From: an uncultured Candidatus Binatia bacterium
GTDB lineage: Bacteria > Desulfobacterota > Binatia > Bin18
Assembly (NCBI GenBank): GCA_965200965.1
Contig: OZ241744.1
Span: forward strand, 3,104,001 to 3,168,000
DNA: 64,000 nucleotides
Reading direction: 5' to 3'
Below are positions 48,382 through 57,530 of this stretch, piece by piece. How positions within the stretch are numbered: position 1 is the stretch's first letter; the number at the start of each line of letters is the position of its first letter. Made by a program: the position numbers and the translations under genes. The notes below the pieces were generated by a model. It made no database searches. It saw only the letters and a list, made by a program, of their open reading frames with translations, and was not told the origin of the DNA.

Positions 48382-50673
48382 ATGTATATGGCAGAACATA
48401 CGGTTATTGGTACACGTCTGGCAAAGGTTGATGGTCCAGAGCGGGTGACCGGCAAGGCCACTTTTGGCGCAGACCTTCTCCTGCCCAATATGCTGTGGGC
48501 CAAGCTGGTCCGCAGCCCCTACAGCCACGCCCGGATTAAAAAGATCGATCCCAGCAAAGCCCTGGCCCTGCCCGGGGTCAAAGCCGTCATCTGTGCTGCC
48601 GACCTGCCGCCCCTGGCCAAGGGTACGACCGCGCCGCTGGTCGGCGAGGTGAGCATTGACATGAGTGCCATTCGGGAGCTGGTCATGGCCTCAGACAAGG
48701 CGCGCTATCACGGACAGGCTGTGGCCGCGGTGGCCGCCACCGATCCGTTCACGGCCGAGGAAGCCGCGGAGTTGGTTGAAGTTGAATACGAGGAACTGCC
48801 GGTGGTCGGCAATGTACTCCAGGCCATGCAGCCCGACGCCCCGCTGGTGCATGAAGACTTATACACCACCGAAGAGGCGACTCAGGAAAAGTCGGCCCAG
48901 CCGAGTAATATCGCCACCCATATGGTCTACACCCACGGCGACCCGGAAGCCGGTTTTCAACAGGCCGATGTCGTCCTGGAAAAGACCTATACCACCCAAA
49001 TGGTCCATCAGGGCTATATGGAACCCCAGGCGTGCGCGGCCCGGGTCGAACCCGACGGCAAGCTGACCGTCTGGACCTCGGCCCAGGGGCATTTTACCGT
49101 TCGCAACCAGCTCGTCGCCCTGCTTGCTCTGCCAGCCAGCCGTTTGAACGTCATTCCAATGGAAATCGGCGGCGGCTTTGGCGGCAAAGCCCTGGCCCTG
49201 TTCGAGCCAACAGTGGCCACCCTGGCCCAGAAAACCGGCCGGCCGGTCAAACTCGTGATCTCCCGAGAAGAAGTCCTGCGCGCAACCGGTCCGGGTTCGC
49301 CGGCGGTGATCACCGTCAAAGCCGGGGCCAGGAAGGACGGTACCCTGACCGCCGCCTCAGCCATCATGCGCTACGACGCCGGGGCGTTTCCCGGCTCGCC
49401 AGTCTCGCGCGGCCTGCTCGTTGGCCTCGCGCCCTACAGACTGGCCAACCTCCACGCCGAGGGCTATGACGTAGTCACCAACAAACCCCGGGTGGCCGCC
49501 TATCGGGCACCGGGCGGTACGCCGGCCGGGTTTGCCGTTGATTCCCTCATGGATGAGCTGGCCGAAGCCCTTACCATTGACCCGCTGGAGTTCCGCCGCC
49601 GTAACGCCGCGCAGGAGGGCGATATCCTGCCGCTAGGTATGCCGCTCAACCGCATCGGCCTCAGCCAGATGCTCGACCAGATCACCACCCACCCGTGCTG
49701 GACCGACCCCCTTGACGGTCCCAACCGGGGCCGGGGTCTGGCCTTAGGCTATTGGATCGGAGGGTCTTTTACGTCCAGCGCAGAAATCAAGATCAACCCC
49801 GATGCAACAGTGGCGATTTTTGTCGGGACCGTTGACCTGACAGGAACACGGACGACGATCAGCCAAATGGTGGCCGACGAACTCCAGCTTGACCCCGGTC
49901 AGGTCACTATCAAAGTCGGTGATACCGACAGCGCGCCCTACGCCGACCTCAGCGGCGGCAGCCGGATTACCTATACAATGAGCGTGGCCACCCATCAGGC
50001 CTGTCAGGATGTCCTCGGCCAGCTCAAAGCCCGGGCGGCCGAAAAACTCAAGGTCTCGACCAACGAGGTCGAGTACACCCAGACAAAACTGTGGGCCAGG
50101 AGCGACCCTCAGCAGGTGGTGACGCTGGAAGAGCTGGCCCGCGAGAGTGTTGCCTGGGGCAGCGGGCCGATCGTCGGCAAGGGCAGCACCACCCGCATGC
50201 AACCGGCCCACGCCTACGCCGCCCATGTTGCCGATGTGGAAGTCGATCCAGACACGGGCAAGGTCACAATCCTGCGCTACACCTGTTTCCAGGATGTCGG
50301 CAAAGCCATCAATCCGGCCCAGGTCGAAGGCCAGATTCAGGGCGGAGCGGTGCAGGGCATCGGCTGGGCGCTGAACGAGGAATATATCTTTGACAAGGGG
50401 GTGCTGGCCAACGCCAGCCTGCTCGACTATCGCTGCCCGGTTGCGCTTGATCTGCCAATGATCGAGGTCTCGCTGACCGAGGTCCCGGCCTCAGAAGGCC
50501 CCTACGGGCTGCGCGGGGTGGGCGAGGTGCCGATTGTGCCGCCCGCGGCCACCCTGGCCAACGCCATCTATCGGGCGACTGGAACGCGCTTGCAGGAACT
50601 CCCGATGAACCCGGAGCGCATATTCTGGGCGCTGCACAAGAAAGACGCCCAGCCGCTGGCCGCCGCGGACTGA
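48382..50673 (+). CDS. Xanthine dehydrogenase family molybdopterin-binding subunit (not CODH)
   Basis: GGGFGGK, AYRAPG, GQIQGG and GVGE motifs. Confidence 0.92.
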   Translation: MYMAEHTVIGTRLAKVDGPERVTGKATFGADLLLPNMLWAKLVRSPYSHARIKKIDPSKALALPGVKAVICAADLPPLAKGTTAPLVGEVSIDMSAIRELVMASDKARYHGQAVAAVAATDPFTAEEAAELVEVEYEELPVVGNVLQAMQPDAPLVHEDLYTTEEATQEKSAQPSNIATHMVYTHGDPEAGFQQADVVLEKTYTTQMVHQGYMEPQACAARVEPDGKLTVWTSAQGHFTVRNQLVALLALPASRLNVIPMEIGGGFGGKALALFEPTVATLAQKTGRPVKLVISREEVLRATGPGSPAVITVKAGARKDGTLTAASAIMRYDAGAFPGSPVSRGLLVGLAPYRLANLHAEGYDVVTNKPRVAAYRAPGGTPAGFAVDSLMDELAEALTIDPLEFRRRNAAQEGDILPLGMPLNRIGLSQMLDQITTHPCWTDPLDGPNRGRGLALGYWIGGSFTSSAEIKINPDATVAIFVGTVDLTGTRTTISQMVADELQLDPGQVTIKVGDTDSAPYADLSGGSRITYTMSVATHQACQDVLGQLKARAAEKLKVSTNEVEYTQTKLWARSDPQQVVTLEELARESVAWGSGPIVGKGSTTRMQPAHAYAAHVADVEVDPDTGKVTILRYTCFQDVGKAINPAQVEGQIQGGAVQGIGWALNEEYIFDKGVLANASLLDYRCPVALDLPMIEVSLTEVPASEGPYGLRGVGEVPIVPPAATLANAIYRATGTRLQELPMNPERIFWALHKKDAQPLAAAD

Positions 50674-50683
50674 GGACCACGCC

Positions 50684-51976
50684 ATGCCATCAGACCCCTT
50701 GAGCCGGCGCTGGTCGCCAGACGCGCTTGACGATCTGGCCCACAAAGTCGGCACCCCCTTCCTGCTGTATGATGCCGCGGTCATCCGCCGCAAGATCGCC
50801 GCTATCAAAGACATAACGGCCGGCCCAGGTCTCCAGGCCCGCTTTGCCATGAAAGCCTGCTCCGGCCACCAGGTCTTGCACGCCATGCGGCAGAATGGCA
50901 TCTGGATCGACGCGGTGTCGGGCAATGAGGTCTTGCGAGCGCGGAAAGCCGGTTTTCCGCCCGGCCAGCAGCCACCCACAATTCTCTACACCTCGGACGT
51001 GTTCCGTGATAACGCCCTTGAGGTCATTGTGGCCGAGAACATCCTGCCCAATGTCGGCACCCCGTCCATGCTCGAGGCCCTGGCCCGGGCCGGCTATCGG
51101 GGCGCGATTGGCCTGCGCCTGAATCCCGGCTTCGGTCACGGCCATGTCCAGGCCTGCGATACCGGCGGCCCCAGCTCAAAACACGGGCTGTGGTACGAAG
51201 ATATTGACGCGCTCAAAAACGCGCTTGAGACCGCCGGCCTCACCGTCAGCCTGCTGCACGCCCATATTGGAACCGGCCCCGAGATCGCCGAGTTTCAAGC
51301 CAATATGCGCCGCCTCGTCAATTTTTTTAGCGCTCGCCTGCCGCTCTTTCCCCAGGTCGAGGCGATCAACTTCGGGGGGGGGATTCCCCACCCGTACAAG
51401 CCCGGGGCGGCCAGTATTGACCTCGACGCCTGCGGAGCGGTGTTCCACCACGCCCAACAGGCGTTTCAAGAGGCGGCCGGCCGCGCCATCCGGGTCGAGA
51501 TTGAACCGGGCCGTTTTTTTGTCGCTGACGGGGCATCTCTCATCACCCGGGTCCACGGCTTGAAATCGACCCGGACCAACGAGAAAGGCCCGGGCCAGAG
51601 GTTTGTGATGGTGGACGCCGGCTTCTGCGACCTGCTCCGCCCGGCCATGTACGGTGCCTACCACCATATCGAAGTCGTCGGCAGAGCCGGCCAGCCTCAG
51701 GAAGACCTGATCGTCGCCGGCCCCATGTGCGAGTCGGGCGACGTATTTACCCGCGATGCCGACGAGATGCTCGACCCCCGCCCCCTGCCGGTCCCGGAGG
51801 TCGGCGACCTGCTCGCCATCCACGACGCCGGTGCCTATGGCGAGACCATGAGTTCCAACTACAATTCGCTCGGCCGCGTACCCCAGGTGTGGTGCGACGA
51901 CAGCGGGGCCTACCTCGTGTCTCGCCGTCAGACGCTGGACGACATTATTCGGACCGAGTGTTTTGAGAAGTTGTGA
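50684..51976 (+). CDS. lysA: Diaminopimelate decarboxylase
   Basis: FAMKAC, HAHIG, EPGR, GPMCESGD and GAYG..MSSNYN motifs. Confidence 0.92.
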   Translation: MPSDPLSRRWSPDALDDLAHKVGTPFLLYDAAVIRRKIAAIKDITAGPGLQARFAMKACSGHQVLHAMRQNGIWIDAVSGNEVLRARKAGFPPGQQPPTILYTSDVFRDNALEVIVAENILPNVGTPSMLEALARAGYRGAIGLRLNPGFGHGHVQACDTGGPSSKHGLWYEDIDALKNALETAGLTVSLLHAHIGTGPEIAEFQANMRRLVNFFSARLPLFPQVEAINFGGGIPHPYKPGAASIDLDACGAVFHHAQQAFQEAAGRAIRVEIEPGRFFVADGASLITRVHGLKSTRTNEKGPGQRFVMVDAGFCDLLRPAMYGAYHHIEVVGRAGQPQEDLIVAGPMCESGDVFTRDADEMLDPRPLPVPEVGDLLAIHDAGAYGETMSSNYNSLGRVPQVWCDDSGAYLVSRRQTLDDIIRTECFEKL

Positions 51977-52757
51977 CGCGCGTACCAATGTGGCCTTGCT
52001 GTGCCTCACCGCCCTGTGCTTGGTCCTGTGCCTGCTCGCCGGCGGCCCAGACGCGGCCGCCGGCACGCCCCAAACCGTCTTTTTCCAGGCCAACGCCTTA
52101 TACAGCCAGGGGCAGTACGCCGAGGCCGCCCGGGCTTATGAACAGATCCTGGCCGCCGGCCATCGCAGCGGCAACCTGTATTTCAATCTGGGCAACGCCT
52201 ATTTCAAAAATGGCCGGCTCGGCAGCTCGATTCTGAACTACGAACGGGCACGCCGCATCGTGCCCGGCGACACCGATGTCGAGGCCAACCTGGCCCATGC
52301 CCGGTCTGTCGCCGGGGTAGACGGCTGCCCACCCCGGCTGTGGCACACCCTGGCCTTTCCCCTCACCCACCGCTTGTCCACCAACGGCTTGGTGTGGACG
52401 GCGAGTGCCGCCTACAGCCTGGCCCTGGTGGCCTGTGCCGGCTATCTGCTGTGGCCCCGTCGGCCGTGCTGGCTGGCGGCCGCGGCCCTGCTGGCCGGCG
52501 GACTGTTCGTGGTGGCCGGCGTGTCGCTGGCACGCCAGATTTTTCTCAACGACTGGCAGCGGCCGGCGGTCGTGCTGACCGACGGGAAGACGCCGGCCCG
52601 TTTTGCGCCAGCCGAAACCGGCACCGAACACTTTGTCCTCACACAGGGCGCACTCGTCCGCCTGCTCGTCAGCCGCCCGGGCTGGCATCAGATTGCCCGC
52701 TGCGACGGCAAGCGCGGCTGGGTGGCTGAACACCACCTGGAACGCCTGTGGAAGTAG
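51963..52757 (+). CDS. batE: BatE-like TPR-TM-SH3 protein
   Basis: FNLGNAY..ILNYERA TPR, TM helices and C-terminal SH3-like GKRGWV. Confidence 0.75.
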   Translation: MRSCDARTNVALLCLTALCLVLCLLAGGPDAAAGTPQTVFFQANALYSQGQYAEAARAYEQILAAGHRSGNLYFNLGNAYFKNGRLGSSILNYERARRIVPGDTDVEANLAHARSVAGVDGCPPRLWHTLAFPLTHRLSTNGLVWTASAAYSLALVACAGYLLWPRRPCWLAAAALLAGGLFVVAGVSLARQIFLNDWQRPAVVLTDGKTPARFAPAETGTEHFVLTQGALVRLLVSRPGWHQIARCDGKRGWVAEHHLERLWK

Positions 52758-52775
52758 CGCATCGGGCAAACCAGC
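52748..52775 (+). repeat. 28-bp direct repeat, copy 1 (overlaps batE stop codon)
   Basis: GTGGAAGTAGCGCATCGGGCAAACCAGC, identical at 53718-53745. Confidence 0.9.
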
Positions 52776-52781
52776 AATGCT

Positions 52782-52926
52782 CTTAAGGATTACGCGCCCT
52801 CCAGGAAGAAGGTATCTGCCAACGCTTCTACCTCGTCTCGCAGGACCCGGTTGAGCGGCTGGCAGACGGGACCACGCGGTTCATTGGCGGACCTTTCTGA
52901 GTCGTGTATGGGCGGGGCAGCCGTAA
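52782..52926 (+). pseudogene. C-terminal remnant resembling DUF4143 AAA+ ATPases
   Basis: LRALQEEGICQRFYLVSQDPVERLADG, then frameshifted VHWRTFLSRVWAGQP*; family recognised from memory. Confidence 0.45.
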
Positions 52927-53048
52927 GCGCCACCTTCCTTCGCTGCCTTCGCGTTTATTGAAAGAGAAGCGAAATTTTTCAGATTTAAGGTCAGAACGCT
53001 TGACATTCTGGCCTAACTCTGGATATTCACTTCGCCAGGTATACAAGC

Positions 53049-53312
53049 ATGGTGTATGTTGTCATTCCCTTTCGGCCAGGCCCGGCGATTCAGCAACTAA
53101 TAGAAGCCCTTCCCAATATGGGCGTATACATCGCAATGGCCCCCTCCGCCTATTTTATCTCCTATCGAGGCACCACCAAGGAATTGGCAGAAGCGATTGG
53201 ATACAACGGGGATGAGGGGGCAGGAACTGGCATCGTCCTTCCCGTCTCGAATTACTTCGGCTATGCATCAAAAGACTTATGGGAATGGTTAGCGATTCAC
53301 GCCAATGACTGA
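53049..53312 (+). CDS. Small hypothetical protein (possible ferredoxin-like fold)
   Basis: 87-aa ORF with alternating beta/alpha pattern and C-terminal YFGYASKDLWEWL; TTGACA at 53000 upstream. Confidence 0.7.
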   Translation: MVYVVIPFRPGPAIQQLIEALPNMGVYIAMAPSAYFISYRGTTKELAEAIGYNGDEGAGTGIVLPVSNYFGYASKDLWEWLAIHAND

Positions 53313-53571
53313 CCACCAGAAAGAGACGCCCCCGCCTCCAGAAGGATCGACCCCAGACTACCCGTCAGGAACCCTTCCTGGTACGCAACAATGGTTGATG
53401 CTGATGCTCAACCAGATGTCCGACCGGCTCACCGCCATAGAACAACGCCTCAGCAAGGTTGAGAAAATGGCATGGGTTCTAATTGGTGGCCTGAGTGTCA
53501 TAGCGGTGGGATGGGCGCTGGTTCAATTCTTTTTCTCTCATTTTGAGCTCACCATTGTTCCCAAGCGATAG
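53305..53571 (+). CDS. Small coiled-coil protein with a C-terminal TM helix
   Basis: Overlaps the previous ORF by 8 nt; DRLTAIEQRLSKVE followed by a TM helix. Confidence 0.7.
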   Translation: MTDHQKETPPPPEGSTPDYPSGTLPGTQQWLMLMLNQMSDRLTAIEQRLSKVEKMAWVLIGGLSVIAVGWALVQFFFSHFELTIVPKR

Positions 53572-53576
53572 AGCCC

Positions 53577-53717
53577 TCACTCTCTATCGCTGATGCCGTC
53601 CGTGCCGCAGATGGCGAGGTGATATTCTTCACGAGAGAACGGGGTCAGGGCTAGCGCTCTCATCAGTTCCTGGTGACGGTCACGCAAGACCCGAAAGAAG
53701 TGCATCACTTCGCCGTC
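53577..53717 (-). pseudogene. Duplicated internal fragment of the adjacent adenine MTase
   Basis: 53613-53701 is identical to 54720-54808 (89 bp); flanks are diverged. Confidence 0.9.
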
Positions 53718-53745
53718 GTGGAAGTAGCGCATCGGGCAAACCAGC
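53718..53745 (+). repeat. 28-bp direct repeat, copy 2
   Basis: Identical to 52748-52775. Confidence 0.9.
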
Positions 53746-53767
53746 GTGTGAACAGTCTGCCGTTGCC

Positions 53768-54159
53768 TCAAGACCGATTGTCGCTCTCGGCAGTGTGCCG
53801 CAAGGCGAGGAAGGCTTGTTTGAGGGACTGACTGACGGCGGAATCAGGCTCATTGAGAACCAAGGCCTGATACGCATTCAGGTAGGCAGTGCGGATGCGG
53901 GAGAACAGGTGCAGGAAGTGTCGCAGAAAACCAACGCAATCGAGAACGGCAATCTCGACTCCATCCGTCTTGTCGTACAACGTGGCCGCGTATTTGGTCA
54001 CAACAGGGTCAATCACATCCGTGGTCACAAACAGGTAATTATGAATCCTGGGCAGACAGAATCAACCCGCTCCCTGATATCCGAGTCAAGGATAACGGAC
54101 GTGTGCAAGGTCTCAGCAGCGCGTTCATAGATGTGACGCAGTATGTCTTCTGGCCTCAT
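53768..54159 (-). pseudogene. Internally deleted type II restriction endonuclease-like gene (SacI-family-like)
   Basis: ATGA-coupled to the MTase. MRPEDILRHIYERAA..RVDSVC is joined out of frame to RIHNYLFVTTD..IAVLDCVGFLRHFLH..EPDSAVSQSLKQAF*. Family call is from memory. Confidence 0.55.
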
Positions 54160-55082
54160 GCAAAGAGTCCCTTTTGGACTTCCGGCTCATAATTGGTCCA
54201 CAGCACTTCGCGGCGAGTGCCTTTGGTGGAGTGGATGGTCTTGGCCGGACCACAGGTCTTGCGCCAGCGTCCAGGACTGAAGAGATCATCCATCAAGGGA
54301 TGATCGTAGCCAGAGACAGAAACCATACCCTGACACGCATTCACGGCTTGTGCAAATTCGCGGTGCTGGCTCTCGTCCATTTCAAACCCGTAAGCCTTGG
54401 TATCGCCGCGTGTGGCGTGCAGGTATGGCGGATCACAATAGAACAGGGTCTTGGGGCTGTCGTAGAGGCGAATCACATCAAGCGCCGGCCTGTTCTCAAT
54501 CTGCACCCGCACCAGACGCCGGGCGATATCATCGAGCGCATTCACCCCACCCAACCAACGGGAAACCACGCCGGACATGCCAGCACGGCTGGTCTCCTTG
54601 CAGTTCGCCCAGCGTCCAAGGGAGGCCGATTGCGCAAGCCCGGTGCGGGTCTGCCGCGCCCTGACATAAAAGCGCCGCGCGCGTTCAACATCGCTGAGGC
54701 CATCCGTGCTGCCATAGACGGCGAGGTGATATTCTTCACGAGAGAACGGGGTCAGGGCTAGCGCTCTCATCAGTTCCTGGTGACGGTCACGCAAGACCCG
54801 AAAGAAGTTCACCACTGCGCCGTCAATGTCGTTGTAGGTTTCGACCAGTGCCGGCTCTCGGTTAAGCAGCACGGCCGCGGAGCCGGCGAAGGGCTCGCAG
54901 TAATGGTGACACGGTGGCAGCAGAGGCAGCAGCCAATTGAGGTGTGAGAACTTCCCGCCATACCAGCCAAAGGCAATGCGGCGGCGTCTGTGGCAGGTGA
55001 CGTTTGAGTGTTCGCGCTGGCCGGCCTCATCAAGATAGATTGGGGAAGGGCCTCGCCCGCGTGTTGTGGCGTGTTCGGCCAT
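54156..55082 (-). CDS. DNA adenine methyltransferase (D12/Dam class)
   Basis: WYGGK, EPFAGSA, YNDID, YCDPPY and EVLWTNY motifs. Confidence 0.93.
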   Translation of the reverse strand: MAEHATTRGRGPSPIYLDEAGQREHSNVTCHRRRRIAFGWYGGKFSHLNWLLPLLPPCHHYCEPFAGSAAVLLNREPALVETYNDIDGAVVNFFRVLRDRHQELMRALALTPFSREEYHLAVYGSTDGLSDVERARRFYVRARQTRTGLAQSASLGRWANCKETSRAGMSGVVSRWLGGVNALDDIARRLVRVQIENRPALDVIRLYDSPKTLFYCDPPYLHATRGDTKAYGFEMDESQHREFAQAVNACQGMVSVSGYDHPLMDDLFSPGRWRKTCGPAKTIHSTKGTRREVLWTNYEPEVQKGLFA

Positions 55083-55111
55083 ATGCTCCTTTCCGATGGG
55101 TGATGGAGGGC

Positions 55112-56314
55112 CTAGCCCCAGCTCGCCTCATCGTCGCTCATTGAGATGTCAAAGGCGGTCTTGCCCAGCAACTCCAACGTGTCGTCGGCGTCAACCGGGT
55201 GAAACAGGCCGGCCCGTACATCACGGAAATAGCGTTCTAGGGGCAGCCGCTTGTAGTAGGAGATGCCACCGACCGCGCGCATGGCCAAGTCAACCACGCG
55301 CACCGCGTTTTCAATCGCGATCAGCCGGGCGGCCACGCTTTTGCGGCCCCACAGGCGGATGTCGTCGCGTTCGACCTCGGCACCGGCTTTCCACATCGCC
55401 GCCCGCGCACCCTCGATCAGCACATCCATCTCACCGACTTTGTTATACACGCTGGGCAGGTGACTCATCGGCCGCTTGTGCGGAAAACGCGACCGGTCGC
55501 GCATGAACTCGACCACAAAGTTACGCGCCGCCACCGCAATGCCGAGATAGACCGCGCCCATTGAGAACGGGGCTTTGAGAAACAGGCTCAGGAGGCCGCC
55601 CCGGGTAAAGACCGGCCGTTCCAGAAAAACCGCGTCGTTCGGCACAAAGGCATTCTGGAGCTCGGTGCTGCGCGACTCGGTCGCCCGCATACCCATCGTA
55701 TTCCAGTCGTCTTTCATCAGCAGACCGGGCGTGTCGCGGGGAATCAGAAACGAAATAATCGTGCCCTCTCTGGGGTTGTCGCTCGGCCCCCAGGTGGCCT
55801 CGGAAAAATAGCGATCGACGGCAATGCTCTGGGTGCTGAAAATCTTCTTGCCGCTGACCCGCCAGCCGCCGGTTGCCGGCTCGGCGGTGGCCCTCGGACG
55901 CAGCACCGTGACCGCGTTATCGGCCTCTGAGCCTGAGCCGCCGACAATCCAGCGGTGGTGTGCGATCTGGCGCAGCAGGGCTTCGGCCCGGGTGTCTTTG
56001 GTCGTGCGCCACACATCGGTCACTACGCCGAGAATGTTGAAGTGCATGTTGATCGCCAGCGCGGTCGGCCCGCAGCCTTGGGCCAGACGTTCCTGGGCCT
56101 TGATCCGCTCCAGCAGGCTGGCCCCACCTCCCCCCAACTCGGTCGGGATGGTCATGCTTGAGTAGCCTGTCTGGCGGAGTTGGGCGTAGTTTTCGTAGGG
56201 AAAGGAGCGTTCCTCGTCGTGCTGGGCGGCGCGCTGGGCGAAATCATCGGCCATGCGGCCGGCCACCTCAATCCAGCCCTGCTCGCCCGCGTTGTGATGT
56301 TGTTGCATGTCCAT
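55112..56314 (-). CDS. Acyl-CoA dehydrogenase family / flavin-dependent monooxygenase-like protein
   Basis: GKKIFST, WNTMGMRATES and LERYFRD motifs. Confidence 0.88.
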   Translation of the reverse strand: MDMQQHHNAGEQGWIEVAGRMADDFAQRAAQHDEERSFPYENYAQLRQTGYSSMTIPTELGGGGASLLERIKAQERLAQGCGPTALAINMHFNILGVVTDVWRTTKDTRAEALLRQIAHHRWIVGGSGSEADNAVTVLRPRATAEPATGGWRVSGKKIFSTQSIAVDRYFSEATWGPSDNPREGTIISFLIPRDTPGLLMKDDWNTMGMRATESRSTELQNAFVPNDAVFLERPVFTRGGLLSLFLKAPFSMGAVYLGIAVAARNFVVEFMRDRSRFPHKRPMSHLPSVYNKVGEMDVLIEGARAAMWKAGAEVERDDIRLWGRKSVAARLIAIENAVRVVDLAMRAVGGISYYKRLPLERYFRDVRAGLFHPVDADDTLELLGKTAFDISMSDDEASWG

Positions 56315-57233
56315 CGGGTTCCCCTGTGTTGGCCTGCCTCGGGGTGAGTCCAGCCTCGCCGGCAAAGCGTTCCATCAGCCGCAGCACCTCGTCGAACTGA
56401 TCGGTCCAGGCGAAGAAGGCCAGGACGACATGGGTCAGACCGCCGGCCTCATAGCGCGCCAAGGCGGCCAGCACATCTTCAAAGCTGCGCTCATAGGACA
56501 GCGCGGCATAGCTCAGCGAGTCGGGGTCGCGGCCGGCCTGCTCGGCTCGGCGTTTGATCGCCGTAATATCCTGGGCAAAGCCGTCCGGGTCGCGCCAGAA
56601 CACATGCCCATACCAGCCGTCGCCGAGCGTGGCGGTGCGCCACAGGGCGCGTTTGCTGTGGCCCCCGATCCAGATCGGCGGATGTGGCTGTTGCACCGGT
56701 TTGGGCGCGCAAACAATGTCTGAGAAGTGTTCGTAGCGACCCTTGAACTGTGCCCGGTCCTGGGTCCACAGCGCTTTCATGACCTGGAGATACTCATCGG
56801 TCTGGTTGCCGCGCTCGTGGTAGGGGGCGTGGAGTGCAGCAAACTCCTCTTGCAGCCAGCCCGAGCCACCGCCGAGGATCACCCGCCCGTGCGACAAGAC
56901 ATCCATGCTGGCGACCATCTTGGCGGTCACGACCGGATTCCGGTACGGCACGATCAGCACCCCTGTGCCCAGCCGGACGCTCGTGGTACAGGCGGCGACA
57001 TAGCTCAGGACGGTCAGGGGGTCAAGAAAATTGTCGGTGCTGTCAACCGGGAATTTCCCCTCCGGGTGATAGGGATACCTGGACTGGAGCCGGGCTGGAA
57101 ACACCACATGATCGCCGACCCAGACCGAGTGATAGCCCAGCCCATCCGCCTGCCGGGCCACAGCCTGAATCCGCTCAACCACCCGCTCGCGGGCAAACGC
57201 GCCGATATGGGGAAGCACAACGCCGAACTCCAT
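56268..57233 (-). CDS. LLM-class F420-dependent oxidoreductase
   Basis: SVWVGDH, RLGTGV, PYRNP and PPIWIGG motifs. Confidence 0.9.
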   Translation of the reverse strand: MEFGVVLPHIGAFARERVVERIQAVARQADGLGYHSVWVGDHVVFPARLQSRYPYHPEGKFPVDSTDNFLDPLTVLSYVAACTTSVRLGTGVLIVPYRNPVVTAKMVASMDVLSHGRVILGGGSGWLQEEFAALHAPYHERGNQTDEYLQVMKALWTQDRAQFKGRYEHFSDIVCAPKPVQQPHPPIWIGGHSKRALWRTATLGDGWYGHVFWRDPDGFAQDITAIKRRAEQAGRDPDSLSYAALSYERSFEDVLAALARYEAGGLTHVVLAFFAWTDQFDEVLRLMERFAGEAGLTPRQANTGEPDGHATTSQRGRAGLD

Positions 57234-57346
57234 GCGCCCTCCTTGTTCGTCAAAAAAGCGGGGGCGACGCCCCACTCTCAGCGTCTTGTCACGTTTCGGC
57301 TCAAACCACAAGCGACATGGCCTGTGGAGGGCGACAAGCGGCCCGG

Positions 57347-57530
57347 TCAGAAGGCGTAGGTGTCGAAGGAGTAGGCGAGCGAGACGCTGAACACGTCGGA
57401 GGCCGCGGTGTTGCGGCCGTCAATGACGGTGGCGTAGAACAGGCCAAGGCTGATCTGGTCGGTGAGGGCGACGCTGAGACTGCCGCCGAGGAGTTGCAGT
57501 TCTTCCTTCAGCACTTGGAGCAGGTCCAGG
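57347..57530 (-). pseudogene. Unrelated C-terminal fragment resembling an outer-membrane beta-barrel end
   Basis: LGGSLSVALTDQISLGLFYATVIDGRNTAASDVFSVSLAYSFDTYAF* has amphipathic strands and a terminal Phe. Confidence 0.4.

Noticed and set aside
47009-50673. Aerobic CO dehydrogenase (coxMSL)
   Set aside because: The active-site loop is AYRAPG rather than form I AYxCSFR or form II AYRGAGR; a generic molybdenum hydroxylase of unknown substrate.
52748-53745. CRISPR array from the 28-bp repeats
   Set aside because: Only two copies 970 bp apart, and no cas genes.
53577-54825. Diversity-generating retroelement TR/VR pair
   Set aside because: No reverse transcriptase in the window; mismatches are not adenine-specific, include an indel, and the core is identical.
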